A DNA stretch of 64,000 nt from Moniliella sp. 'wahieum' (Eukaryota): positions 1-64,000 of the forward strand of contig RSEE01000095.1 in NCBI GenBank assembly GCA_003971905.1. The letters are read 5' to 3'. The position numbers were made by a program, and so were the translations under genes. Shown here piece by piece: positions 1 through 12,716 of this stretch. The notes below the pieces were generated by a model. It had not been told where the DNA came from. It ran no database searches and saw only the letters and a list, made by a program, of their open reading frames with translations. Position 1 is the first letter of the stretch. Each line of letters starts with the position of its first letter.

Positions 1-1384
1 TGTGAGATCGGGCAGAGGGAAAGGGGGAAAAGGGGGTACTGTTTGTGCGAGAGAAAACCGGGGGGAGAGTGTGACATGTGATGCCACACTGGTGTGTGTA
101 TAGTCGCGCCGGTAACACCCACAAAGCCCGGAACCTTCGGGCTCATTCTTTTTTGCAATTAGTACTAATTCCTTCTGGGGGGGCACAGGAATCTTCTCTA
201 GTCTCTGTAGCTCAGGGCAATGCAATGACACACGTATCTGTGCCTGCTTTCTGGTCTTTCACAGCGAGTGAAAACGCGACCGAGCACCGGCCCACCTCAC
301 GGCGGGCTCATATAGGATGGGACGTGGAAGGCGCAAAAAGAGAAGCACGGAAACGAATTGGCTTTGGGGAAGACCCAAAAAGTGAACGGAAACCTGGAGA
401 TAATAAGCGGCACAGAGGGATCGGGCTGTGCGCTGCAGTGTGGGGGCAAAACACAAAGCCCCGTCACATGTCACATGTCACAGCTGATTAAGGCCCAGAA
501 ATCTAGCAAGGCAGTCCGAGACATTTATACGCCGGAGAGTTGCCGGGGAAAGATGGATTCTTGAGACGAGAATGGGGGTGCGAGGGAGATAAACGACGGA
601 CATCAAGGGCGGTAAGGTTAGGGCCATCGCGGGGTATTGTCTTGCACGAAAGAAACTATAAACGCCGCAGAGGGGAGTGAGGTTAAACGGAAACGTTATA
701 CTTTAATCCAGGATGGCTCACCTGGCCTGAGTTACACTGTGTGTGTGGGCTCGCCAGGCAGACAGAATGGTGACGCGGACGGCGGGCCGGCAAGCAGCGG
801 CTGGTTTCTTCTTGTGTGCCAAGCCGGAGAGTTTTTAGCAATTTGGGTGCTGCTGCCGAGGAGAGGGGTGGGCCCGAGGGACGCGTGCTGGTGCGGTGCG
901 GGCGGGTGCTGACGTGGCGCGGGACGGGCGCGCGGGCGAGGGCGGGCGGTGCTTCCTGTTGCGGCAGGCGGCATTCCTCGGCGAGGCGCATCCACGCCCG
1001 TCACGTGTGTCACATGTCACGCGTCACGTGTACACCACCACATGCACGTGGCATGACCACCCTGCATGCGGGCACAGCGGCACTCCCCTCCTCCCGCCCG
1101 CCGGCCCCCCGATTGCATGCCCCCGATGAGGAATGCCAGTGGCAGCACACTGCCCCCGCGCCGCCTGCCGAGGGCGCCGCGCGCCAGCCGCACGGGCAGT
1201 GTGGGCGGCACCGACATGCCAGTCTGCCTGTTTTGGTATAGTGGGTGAGTTAGTTGTGGGTGCTGCCCCGTCTCCCACTCCGCACACCCGCTGAGAATAA
1301 AAACCCCAGCCGTGGTACCCTTGCCCCTCCTCCCCCCGACGCCCCCTTCCCCCTCCCCACCCCCTCTCCTACCCCCACTCCATC

Positions 1385-3091
1385 ATGGGCGCTGCCGCGG
1401 CTGCTGCCTCGCGCGTTGTGCTGCCCCACCAGCTGCGCCGCCACCCCGCCAGCCTGCTCCCCAACATTGTCCCACCCCCGCCTTGCCGTCTGTCCGGTGC
1501 CCCGTATCCAAACCCATTGTCGTCTACCTCGCCCACCAAGCCGCCCACCTTCTCCCCGAGCCTCAGGGCACAACATCCCGTGTCCTCCCCCTCGACCCGC
1601 CCAGCGGCTTCCGTGGCTCTGCCGCCGTAGCCGCCTACGCCGACCCGGCTCGGTGCACGCCTTCCGACGGCCTTCCCAGTCTCGAGGACTTTCTACGGCG
1701 CTGGTGGAGCGGTCCAACGTACAGGTTCCCACGCTGCTCTGTACCCTGGTGTACCTTGCGCGTCTCAAGGCGCGTCTGCCACGTGTCGCACGCGGTATGC
1801 CCTGCACAAGGCACCGCATTCTTCTCGCTGCCCTCATCGTCGCTGCCAAGTACCTCAACGATTCCTCGCCCCAAACAAGCACTGGTGCCGCTACGCCCAC
1901 CATCTCTTCCCCCTCCCCGAAGTGCCCTTGAGAGAACCAGTTGCTCTACCTGTTGGATTTGATCTGCGCATCGACCAAGACGAATTGGACACCCATGCGC
2001 GGCTTTTTACCCCCCCCCGAGTCCCCCGCCGACCTGCGCCACAGAGAACGCTGTCTCGCCGCAACTGAGGCAGGAAGAGAGGTGGCGCGGTACGCTCGTG
2101 CCTCCAGGCGCAGAATTTACTTGCGCTCTCTACCCCCGAAGAAGTGCCATGGTGGAACACTGGATCCCCCTCTTCTCCCCTTTACCTGCCTCTCTTTCAC
2201 CTCCTTCGCCTGCTTCACCTCTTTCTCCTCCTTCGCCCCTTTCCACAGCCTCGAGCACAACTTGTCTTTCCCCTGCTCTTACCCTCTCGCCCCCCGCACC
2301 CTGTTGCGCCTCTCGATCCCATTTCCCCACCCTCCTCCCGCCCTGTGCACGAGCACACTTCATGCCCCGCTCGTCCCCCCCGCTTCGGTCTCGGTCTCGG
2401 CCTCGCTCCCCCTCCCTCCTGCCCTGCCTCCCCAGGCTTGCGCGAGGACCACCCTCTTTCCTCCGCTACCGAGCCGGCGCACCACCTGTCTCCCCTCGAT
2501 GAGACGTACGCCGTTGCTCCTCGCTTCGTCCCGCGGATGGCGCCTCGGATCCTGATCCTGATCCTGCCCCGGTCCCGGTCCCGCAGGCCAGACCCAGGCC
2601 AAGGAACAAGAAAAGGAACAGGAAAAGGAAAAGGAAAAAGTACGACCGAGCAAGCACACTCCTCATCGTAGTAGCTTTTCACGTTCTTCCAGTTCGTCTT
2701 CGATCTCATCAAGTTGCTCTTCCTCTTCCTCTTCATCTTCTTCTTCTTCCGCCTTAAGTACCTGCTTATTGGCTTCCACTTCCACCTCCACATCCATTTC
2801 CACTTTCACATCCACTTCCACCTCACCTTCCGCCTCCCCTTTGCCTTTGCCTTTGGCTTTGCCGTGGCTTGCCTTCCCCCCTCGGCCTCGCTTGAGCTGC
2901 AAACACCTGGCGCACCGTGCTCCTGCTCGTGCTCCTGTCCCATTCCTGTTCCTGCTCTTGCTCCTGTTCCCCACCCACCCCTCTCCCACTCCCACTCCCA
3001 TGCCCACGTGACCTTCCCACCCTACCTACCCCACCTACACCCCCGCTCCGCCGCGCAGAGAAAGCCTCCCCCGGCCCAGGTCACGGCGTAA
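1385..3091 (+). CDS. Pho85-type (Pcl1/Pcl2 family) cyclin; frame disrupted by apparent indels; 3' end uncertain
   Basis: Stitched frames give [26 protein letters not shown]..., [25 protein letters not shown] and [57 protein letters not shown], a Pcl cyclin-box signature. A low-complexity S/P/H tail follows. Confidence 0.85.
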
Positions 3092-3123
3092 GCTTCGCGC
3101 AGAAACTGCGTTCCGACGCGTCT

Positions 3124-3243
3124 CTTCCCCCTCCTCTCCCTTCCCTTCCCTTCCCTTCCCTTCCCTTCCCTTCCCCTTCCCTTCCCTTCCCTTCCTTCCC
3201 TTCCCTTTTCCCTTCCCTTCCCTTCCCTTCCCTTCCCCTTCCA
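3124..3243. repeat. (CCCTT)n polypyrimidine pentamer microsatellite
   Basis: Run of ttccc/cttcc units seen directly. Confidence 0.95.
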
Positions 3244-3427
3244 TGCCATGTCATATCATGGTCTTTCTTATACGACTTCCCCCTCCCTCCCTTGCCCTGC
3301 CCTGCGCTTCTTCCTGCGCTTCCCCCTGCTGGGTCTTTGGTATTTGACCTTGGGCTCTGGGCTCACGCATTTCGCTCTCCCGGAGGAGTGACGGTTTGAG
3401 GACCGGTCGCGGCCCGCCTTACTTGCC

Positions 3428-3560
3428 CTGTCTTGTCTTGTTGTCTTGTCTCGTCTTGTCTTGTCTTCTTATTGTCGTGTCTTGTCTTGTCTTCATATCG
3501 TGTCGTGTCTTCACATGTCGTGTCTTCATTTTATGCCTTGCCTTTTGCCTTGCCTTGCCT
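3428..3560. repeat. degenerate (TCTTG/TCGTG)n pentamer repeat
   Basis: tcttgtcttg...tgtcgtgtcttgtcttgtc seen directly. Confidence 0.8.
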
Positions 3561-3704
3561 CTTTGTATACTGTGTTTTGTGTGGTGGTGTCTTGTGTTTC
3601 CATTGCTTAGGGAGCTAAACACGTTCGTCTTCCAACGCTGTTCCACCGTTCTTCCTCATCCACCTCCACCCCCATCCTCAAACGCCTAATACTATGGATA
3701 GCTC

Positions 3705-3740
<36 letters not shown>

Positions 3741-3765
3741 GTCTATCTGTCTATCTGTCTGTCTG
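3705..3765. repeat. (TCTG/TCTA)n tetranucleotide microsatellite
   Basis: gtctgtctgtctgtct...atctgtctatctgtct. Confidence 0.9.
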
Positions 3766-4125
3766 TGTCTCGTATCACGCTTTCTCCCTGGTAACCCACG
3801 GCCTCTCTTCCACCTTTTGCCCTGCTATGGTTGAATCCTTTTGCCCACGAGCATCATTACTAGTAATATACCAGGACTATCCTGCTCCTCTCCTTCTCTG
3901 GGTAGGACCCTTTCATTCTCCTTTCCTTTCCATTCATTGCCATGCTTTCGTTCCCAGTCTACGCGCGCAACTGAAACGCTCTTCAGCATTCAACCAATGA
4001 CATTCTTGCCAAACGTACGATAGTACACCTTTTGTGATCTGGCCTTGGGGCCGGCGGGGTAAGCTATAAGATCTGACATCTCCGAGCGAATCGTTTCGGT
4101 CCCCGAGACCGGCCCAACGAGCCCC

Positions 4126-4176
4126 ACCAAGTACCAAGTACCAAGTACCAAGTCCTAAGTCCTAAGTCCTAAGTCA
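4126..4176. repeat. heptamer tandem repeat (ACCAAGT)n grading into (CCTAAGT)n
   Basis: accaagtaccaagtaccaagtaccaagtcctaagtcctaagtcctaagtc. Confidence 0.9.
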
Positions 4177-4515
4177 TTAAGTTTCTAAGACGAAGTTAAT
4201 GCGCTATACCCTACAGTTTGCTGGCTACGTACTACGCGCACTTTACCATTTGACTCATACTAGTAGTCTCCACTGGCTCCACTGTACCCGCCTTTGACCT
4301 GCGCCGTCACTGACGCGTGACGTGCCCACCTCATCGTAATTCGGTGCTCCGACTGTCGCTGTTCTCTCACTCGGTTTGCTTTTTGCCAATGGGCCCCGCG
4401 TGGGTGGGTAGAGTGCGACTGAACATTAGAGTAACTGACCCAACCCCCAACCTGATCCCGAATCCGACCCCGAGCGCGAACCTGTGTCTTCCGCCCTTTC
4501 CCACCTGGGCGGACC

Positions 4516-4570
4516 CACGTACCACGCAGCATGTACCACGTACCACGTACCACGTACCACGTACCACGTA
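4516..4570. repeat. heptamer tandem repeat (GTACCAC)n
   Basis: gtaccacgtaccacgtaccacgtaccacgtaccacgta. Confidence 0.9.
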
Positions 4571-4879
4571 CGGAGCACACTGTTCTCTACCTCTCCCATC
4601 CTACACCTCCGGGAGCCACGGGGCACAGTCCAACACAGGTACCTTGTCAAGTCCCCGTCCCAGTCCCCGTCCCAGTCCCAGTGTTGGACCGAGTGTCATG
4701 GCAAAAAACACGCATATTGGAACCTGGTCATTTTCACGGGGCGCCTGCTCTCTCTACCCGTCACGCCCGGGCGGCCGCGCACGAGATCCGCGACGAGTAA
4801 ACACACAGACAGACAGACAGAGATAGAGAGAGAGAGAAAGAGAGAACAAAGAGAAAGAGAGGGAGGGTGAGAGAGGAGG

Positions 4880-5876
4880 CTATTCATGCATGATCGGACG
4901 GTCCTTGGCGGCGGGCGCGCCAACGGCCAAGTCCTTCTTGATTTGCGCAATGGCGCGACCGGGGTTAAGGCCCTTGGGACAGGTACGGGTGCAATTGAAA
5001 ATGGTGTGGCAGCGGTAGAGGCTCAACGAGTTTTCAAATCGTGCACGACGTTCGTCGCCATACTCGTCGCGCGAATCGGCCATCCAGCGGTAGGATTGCA
5101 TCAGCACGGCGGGGCCTAGGTACTCGTCCTGGTTCCACCAGTAGGACATGCAGGATGTGGAGCAGCAGGCGCACAAGATACACTCGTAAAGTCCGTCGAG
5201 TCGCCGCCGTTCTTCGGGCGACTGCAAAAATTCGCCCTGGGCTGGGGGATGGTCGTTTTTCAAGTAGGGCTCAATGGAGCGGTACTGCTTGTAAAAGTGG
5301 GTCAGGTCCGGAACTAGGTCCTTGACCACGTACATGTGCGGCAGTGGGTAAATCTTTGTGTCCGACTCCTTTTCGATCCGACACAGACAGGCTAGCGTGT
5401 TGCGCCCATCAATGTTCATGGCGCAACTGCCACAGATGCCTTCGCGGCACGACCGACGGAACGTCAGCGTCGGGTCCATCTCGTTCTTGACCTTGATCAA
5501 CGCATCGAGCACCATCGGTCCACACTTGTTCAGATCCACCTTGTACGTTTGCAGGTACGGCTTCTTGCTCGGCTCATCGGGATTCTGCGCACCAAGTCCA
5601 CGTCCACGTCCACGTCCACCACCACGCACAGGATACGGTTAGTATCCAAGCAAGCGACCACCACGCACAAGAGGCGGCGAAACGGAGCAAAGCCAAAGTA
5701 CGACGTACCCAACGGTAGATCTTGAATTCTTTCCACTTGGGCGGTTTCTCCTCCGTGGCGGTGGCGAGCTGGGCCGGGGCCGAGGTGGCGAGCGCGCGCG
5801 CAGACACGGGCGGGCGCACGACACGCAGGCCGGCCGAGGCGAGGGCAAGGCGCGGGCGGAAGGCAGAGAGGGACAT
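4880..5876 (-). CDS. SDH2: succinate dehydrogenase iron-sulfur subunit, exons 5876-5709 and 5584-4880
   Basis: Presequence [18 protein letters not shown]...KEFKIYRW. Intron 5708-5585 has a GTACGT donor, TACTAAC branch and CAG acceptor. Exon 2 reads NPDEP...[30 protein letters not shown] and [17 protein letters not shown] (Fe-S cysteine motifs). Confidence 0.98.
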
Positions 5877-6595
5877 GGGAGCAGCAGCGCCAAGCATAAC
5901 CACACGCACTAGCAATAGCACACGCACAACACACCAACCCAGCGCAGCCGATGGGAGAGGACGGGAGGAGCAGCCGCACGCGAGGCAGGCGGACAGGCGC
6001 TCTGGGTGTGGGCACGCGCTCCTAAGTACGGCACCAACTAGATACGATTGAATATTGGTACCTGCGGGCGAACCAAATACTACGTGCTCTGTCTCCCTCC
6101 CACGCGTTGCGCCGCAGAGCGCGCTCCAACACTCGCGCCGTGCCTGCCCCGCCGCCTTCGTCCGCCCCGTCCACGCGCCCCACACTGCGCCCGTGCCCCC
6201 ATTACTAATGCCGCTGCCTAATCGAGGCCTAATCCCAGCGTCAGCACGCAGCAGCAGCACGCCGCACACAGCCCCGTGCCACACCCGCCTCCCCCCATCC
6301 CACACACCCAACCATTAACGTTTGACCAACACAACCAACCCTACCGCCCCATTATTGCGCCCATCCAACCCTACCCGACCCTGCCCCGCGCCTCGCCCCC
6401 GCACCCTTTAACCATCGCCATCGCCATCGCCATCGCCATCGCCGTCCCCCCGCCTCCCCTCGCTCCCTTCCTCGTACGCCCTGGCTGCCCAGCCCAAATG
6501 TCCAGGAGAACACCGAGTCGGTCATCTGACTGCGTGTACCTTCTGGGCGCCCTCTCTCTTGCTTGTGGACCCTGCCGTCCGTCTTGTGTGCAGAT

Positions 6596-7263
6596 ATGCG
6601 TGTGTCCGTCCTGAACGACTGCTTGAATGCCATTGTCAATGCCGAGCGCCGCGGTAAACGCCAGGTCCTCATCCGACCCTCGTCCAAGGTCATCATCAAG
6701 TTCCTCCAGGTCATGCAGAAGCACGGTACGTTTCTCTATTCCCGGTCCCCCCGCGTGTGTCCGCTCCCCCCCAAGGCCCACTTGTTGGATCGCCCGCCTT
6801 TCCTGCAGCCGTTCCACTTTCCCTCTCCTCGGGGGGAGCGAGGTGCGCGCCCTTGTGCTTTTACTCCGGCGAGGCCCAGCTGTTGGACACCACCCCAGGT
6901 GTCTCTGCTGCTAAATCGCTGGGTTGCACCGTTTAGGCGATCCCCCCTCCCCCCGCTTCGCTTCCTTGGACCGTTCATCTGACTTTTTGGTGCTGGTATC
7001 GTTCAGGCTACATTGGCGAGTTTGAGGAGGTGGATGACCACCGCAGTGGCAAGATTGTGATCCAGCTGAATGGACGGGTAAACAAGTGCGGCGTGATTTC
7101 GCCCCGGTTCAATGTCCAGCTGGGCCAGATTGAGAACTGGGTCGAGAACTTGTTGCCGGCTCGTTCGTTGGCTTTATTGTCCTGACCACGTCGGCTGGCA
7201 TTATGGACCACGAAGAGGCTCGGCGCAAGCATGCGGGCGGGAAGATCCTGGGCTACTTTATTA
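6596..7263 (+). CDS. RPS22: 40S ribosomal protein uS8 (S22/S15a), exons 6596-6725 and 7007-7263; two apparent 1-nt T deletions
   Basis: [43 protein letters not shown], intron GTACGT 6726 to CAG 7006, then [37 protein letters not shown]...[26 protein letters not shown]. Confidence 0.97.
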
Positions 7264-7756
7264 AGGTGGACGGACGTGCTCGGGTGTGGTGGGGCTGTTG
7301 TTCGTTCTGTTCTGTGCTGTTGTGTTGTGTTGTGTTCTGCTCTGCTCGGCCCTACTAGTGTGGGTGCGGGGGAGCGTCAAAATTGTTGTGCGCACCCGTG
7401 TGCGCGTACTGGGGGGACATGGGCGTGACTGGATCCCCAGTTGGACGTGTGTAATGCTACGCGTTGTGGGGCACATTGGGGGGACAGGCGTAGGCGAAGG
7501 CGGGTGGCGCTGCACGTGGTCGGGCTCTAGGCAGGTGGCGGCGCAGGCACGGGGCGCGTGTGGCGGGAATGAAACGTTGGGCTTGTTGTGCGTTCGTAGG
7601 CGCAAGTAGATATACATAGCCGCTGCTTTGCTGGGTTCCTGGCCATCCGATAGCATCCGCGTCGCCCGTCGGTGCTCCACTCCCGGCGCCTCCTCCGCTC
7701 TGCCGTGGCCGGTCGCCCGCCATGGACGCCCCCACGCCGCCCCCGACTCGCCCGAC

Positions 7757-10700
7757 ATGCTCTCGCGCTCCAGGTCGCCCGACTCGCCCGCCAGCATCCC
7801 CACCCACCAGCCCCGCGCCCCGCCCGCCCACGTCTTCCGCCGCGCCTACAAGGCCTGCGACGCCTGCCGCCAGCGCAAGGTCCGCTGCGACCTCGGCAGC
7901 GTCGAGAACCCGCTCGAGCCCTGCCGCCGCTGCCGCCGAGAGCGTCGCGACTGCACCTCCACCATGGTCTGCGCGGCCGCACGCGCGGCGGCCCGGCAGC
8001 GCCTCCTCCCGCCCATCCTCCCGCACGGCGGTCCGATCAACGCGTACCCTTCCTCAGAACGCTTCACATCGCCGCCCGTTCTTCTGCCCACGCTTATCCT
8101 ACCCGCTCCGGACACGGACTTACCCCCTCTCTCGTCCATTGCACCAGTACGCCACCCCTGGCGTGCCTGCCCCCCACCGCTGCGGCCCTGCACGCAAGCC
8201 AGTTCCCCCCGCCCACACACGTCCACCCCGACCCGAGCGCACCGCGCCCCGGAGACCGCACAAGCTGCCCCTCCGCCGACAGAGCCCCACAGCACACGCT
8301 TCCCTCGCTCTCGTCTCCCTCAGCAGCGCTAACCGAGGCCATTCGTGTGCTCGCAGAAAGGGCACCACTCCCCGGCCCTCAGCTCCAACGATCTCCCCTC
8401 TAAGAGCGAGCGATGAGGACTGGTCTCAGCGCGCCGAACCAGATGCCTTTCCTTCTGCTCCAGACGACCATCCTGATCCCACCCCGCCTTTGGCTTCGCT
8501 CAAGCGCCCACACGATGCAGTTGATGCCTCGCGGGCCGGGGGCGGTGCCCCATCGGATGGGCCTCCGGCAGGAGGTGCGGCAGGAGAGGGAGCAGCAGCA
8601 GCAGCAGGAGAAAAAGAAAGAGAAAGAGGAGGGGCAGATTCAGGGGGAAGGGGAGATCCTTCGGGGACGCGAACTGCGCGACACACTTGTCTCCGAGCGT
8701 CGGCAGTGACGTTACCGATGGTCCACCCGCCTCGGCCGTCAGAGGAGATGTTGAGGATTTGGGCGCAGAGCGGGTCGGTGCGAAGGGGTTTGGTGACGGC
8801 TGAACAGGCACATTACCTAGTCGGTTACTACTTTAGCCATCTCCATGGCTTTTCCCCCCTTTGCTCCGAACGTTTTACCCGCTTCCACCTCGATCCTGAA
8901 GTCTGCTCCGAACTCGCCCTCGAGGAGGAACTCCTTCTCGCTGCCATCTTGGCCATCGCTTCCCGCTATGCCCATACTCACACCCCGGAACACAGCCCCG
9001 ACCTACCTGAACGCCCCGGCGACTCTGCCTCGCAGACAGCTTCGTCGGCCCAGGCCGATAGTCAAACGCGTGAAGAGCACCAGCCGTCTTCCGCCCCTCC
9101 TTCCCACCCGCCAGCGCCAGCGCCAGGTCAAGCCATCCCCACATCCCCTTGGTCCGGTGGCGACCCCATCACATTACAGCAACATATTGATCTGTCCCGC
9201 TGTGCCTACGATCTGTCGGGCCATGTGCTGACCAACCCGTCGATGCACACCATTGGCACGATCGAGGGCCTGCTGATCCTAAGTGAGTGGGGCACGTGGC
9301 AGATGCACGACGAAACGACCAGTAACGATGCACCCGCTGGCGCGCGTGCGCACGACCCAAGTTCCCTCGGTCACCATGCAGGTCGTCGCCATTCCCAGGA
9401 AAAGGATGTCCTGCGCCGCGCGTCTCACAGGTACGATAGTATGGTCTGGCTCTTGGTCGGTTGCGCTGTTCGGTTGGCTGAACAGCTCGACTTGCCCAAG
9501 GTGGAACATGTCAAGTGCATCCTCTATTCTGAATCTTCCGCTTCCGCGTCCGCGTCCGCGTCCGCATCGGCGTCCGCGTCTGCATCCACCTCGGAGCCCC
9601 CGTCTGCCTCGGAACCTCTGTCAGCCTCGCGCCCGCGCTCTTCCCGCCCCCCACCTACACCCAAGGAAATCGAGCGCGCAGAAAGACGCGTGCAAGTGTG
9701 GATGTCCTGTGTGCAGATCGAAGCGTCCGTGTCGGTTCGGTTGGGAAGGCGGTTCACTTCAGCTGGCTTGTCGCCCGAATGGATGGAGCTAATCCGTGCT
9801 CGCACCTACCTTCTTCCTGAGGAACCTACCTTGTCCGCGTCCCAACCCCCACCGCCCCCCCCACCGCCAGCTAAGCCTACTACCCCAAGAAAAGGCGGCC
9901 GAGGAAGAGAAGAATAAGGTGGACAAGATCCGGAGGGAAATGGTACGGGGTAATATCAACTTGGCCTTTCCTGATGATTTGGTAGGCTCAGCAGCGGCTC
10001 AAGATCCTAAGCTCAACGAGTACCGTAAATGGGTCGCGTGGCGCGGCCATGCCGAGTTGGCGGCTAAAATGCGCAGGACGTACGAGTTGCTCTACGAGTC
10101 CGAGTCGCGCAGTCACAACATGATTGAGAACGATTCGTTCGAGGGGTTCCTACGACCCTTGCGCGCCGACTTGGACCATTGGGTCCAATGGCTCGAACCT
10201 AAAATTGGTATGTCTCTGTCCTTTTTGTTTTGGGGATATGTACTAGGAATCAGGTGGGTTGTGCTAACTGTTGGTTGAACGACTTGCTAGGTTACCCCGG
10301 CGGAGGAATGCGTGCGTATAACATTCGTATCCACTACCACTTTACCCGTCTCGTTCTCTTTCGCATCGGACTGGACGCGTTGGTTACGCGTGCCTCCAAA
10401 GGCACTCTGGACCTGCGCGAAGGAACGGGGATAACCGACCGTGCTGCGTTCCCGATGGCCAAAGAGGCTGTCGATGCAGCTCGCACACTGGCCATCATCA
10501 TTAGCGTTGACTTGGCCAGCTTGCGATGTGCCCCACCGCGAATCTTTCTCTACCTGGTCCTGTCTGTGCTGCTGTGCATGCAAGCGGCCGAGTTGTCGGA
10601 TGCGCTGATGCAGCTCCAATGTGCTTCGATCCTGCGCCATGCCATCACGGCCTTGCTGAACGTCTCGATTGACGGACGACACCTTTCGCGGGTATATGCC

Positions 10701-11903
10701 ATTCTCTTACGCAAGGTGGGCGCGACCGTGCTCAAGCACGAAGAACGTCTCGGTCAAAACCACACCCGTCCACCCGTTTCCGCCCGGCCCTCGCAGAGAA
10801 ACTCAACGAAGCCCGGTCACGGCACCTTCACCATCGCGCTTCGGCCTCGGTCCGGTCCAACTCTGCTGTCCTCCGTCCACGCGGACCCCTCCATCCAGCC
10901 CCAAGGCCTGCAAAACGATCCAAGCGCTCAGAACTCGATTCCCCCTCCCACCCAACCCAGATGCACCCACCTCCTCTCCCCCATGCCCACTCGGCCGACT
11001 CCATCCTCCCCACCCCTTCCCACTTGACCTTTGACTCGGCTCATGTCTTCCCCCCCCGGTGCATGCCGATGCGACTACCTCCACCACCACGCCCACGTCC
11101 ACGTCCACGTCCGCCCTTCCGCCCTCGGCACCGCCCCCCCTACTTTTTGGACCACTTCTTCCCACCCGTCCACTTCCACTTCCACTTCTGCGTCCACGTC
11201 GGCGCCACTGCCACAGTCGGCACCAGCTTCCCACCCCAGCTCGGCCCTGGCTGCATTCCCATTCGGAGACATGCCGTACCATATGACCCCTAGCGTGCCC
11301 CACCTCTCCCCCGTCTTACCTACCAGTACTGGGGGTAGCGGTACAGGTACAGGTACGTCACCAGCTTCGACGGGCGACCCGTCCCCCTCGGCCGCTGGGA
11401 CCGACCTCCCCGTCAACCTGAACAGCTTGTACACTCCAGCTCCCACCACCAATCCCAATCCCACGTCCACGTCTACGAGCGCATTGGCTCATCCTTTTGC
11501 TGCTCTCCCGCCCCCGCCCCCACCGTCGTTTGCTGGTGACATTGTGCCCTCCTTGCCGCGCATGGAGGACCTCTGGTCTTTCTTTGGCTCGGTCGACGAA
11601 CGGTTCAACTTGGTCCCACCCACGTCGACCGCCTCGGCCACGGCAGGCGCGGGAACGGGTGTGGGAGCCGCACCCGCAGGCACAGGGACAAGTGGCCCAG
11701 GCGCAAATGGTACAGGTGGTACAGGTGCAGGTGCAGGTGGCGTATGGGACGATGGACCTTCGGTCATGGCGCAAGCGGCGGACGCGGGTGTCTTGCTTGG
11801 TTTGTCCGATGCCGATGCGGCGCGCTTGGCCTTGGTCGCTGATGAGGCTGGCTTGAGCGCCGGGTCCTTGTTGCTCAACCTTAACCCGGCCTTGCACAAT
11901 TGA
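7757..11903 (+). CDS. Zn(II)2Cys6 transcription factor, Aro80-like, with fungal TF middle-homology region; several indels
   Basis: [40 protein letters not shown] resembles the Aro80-type zinc cluster. The middle region has [27 protein letters not shown] and [14 protein letters not shown]. Intron 10208-10290 (GTATGT, GCTAAC, TAG); probable intron about 8044-8147. Confidence 0.88.
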
Positions 11904-12716
11904 TTGTTGCATCTTGATTAATGATTGTTGATCGTTGGATCTTGATGAGCTTGGTACTTGATGCGTACAGGTGATGCAGATGCTTGGCCATCGTGCTGGC
12001 GTGGGGGGTGTGGCGTGGTGACCTTGGACCGCACCACCACGTCAAGGTGTCTATGCTGTGCACACTTTTGTTTTTTTACCGCAACACAAGAGACCATGGC
12101 GCAGAAGGCGAATCGGGCCGAGCGGGGTGAGATCTGAGAGGTGGGATCTGAGGGTGGGGGCACACCAACCCTGCGAATCCCCAACACGAAAAATGTCCAA
12201 GCCAAGGACGAAAGGGGTGCGCCTCCGTGTGTGTGGTTGTGTGTGGGAGTTCAGGCTGCTCAGACTGCGTGGAGGGCTCGGTTGGATGTGTGCCTTGTTG
12301 CGGATTGGGATTGGCCTGGGTGGCAAACGGGGCGGATGAAGATGAGGATGAGGATGAGGATGAGGATGAATGGACTGTGAATTTGCTGCATCTCTCCTCT
12401 ACAGCTTGTGTCTGTTTGTTTGGTGTGTCCAAGGGCGTGGATCGTAGGCGTGGTGGCCATCCCACCTGGTCGAGGGGACCAAGGACAGGGGTACTAGGGG
12501 TGGGCTTTAGTGGCTTACCGTAGTCGCTTTCCCCGCTTTCTTGCCCCGCAGGCTGCGGTTGATCCAGGCTAAGCCGGCGGAAGCGGACATATCCACGTAA
12601 GCAGCCCGCCAGTGCCCGAGGGCAGATGATGCACACGCAGGCCAGACAAGTGGCTTCACTCTGCGGTGGCTTCTTCTCTCGCCGCCTCCATCGCCTCCAC
12701 CGCCTGCCTGCTGCCC

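Noticed and set aside
78..1300. Numerous overlapping ORFs here and antisense to GC-rich genes throughout
   Set aside because: They are low-complexity Arg/Pro/Gly shadow ORFs expected at high GC, with no recognisable domains.
4126..4570. CRISPR array or telomeric repeat
   Set aside because: These are 7-bp tandem units without unique spacers, the context is eukaryotic, and they are not TTAGGG arrays.
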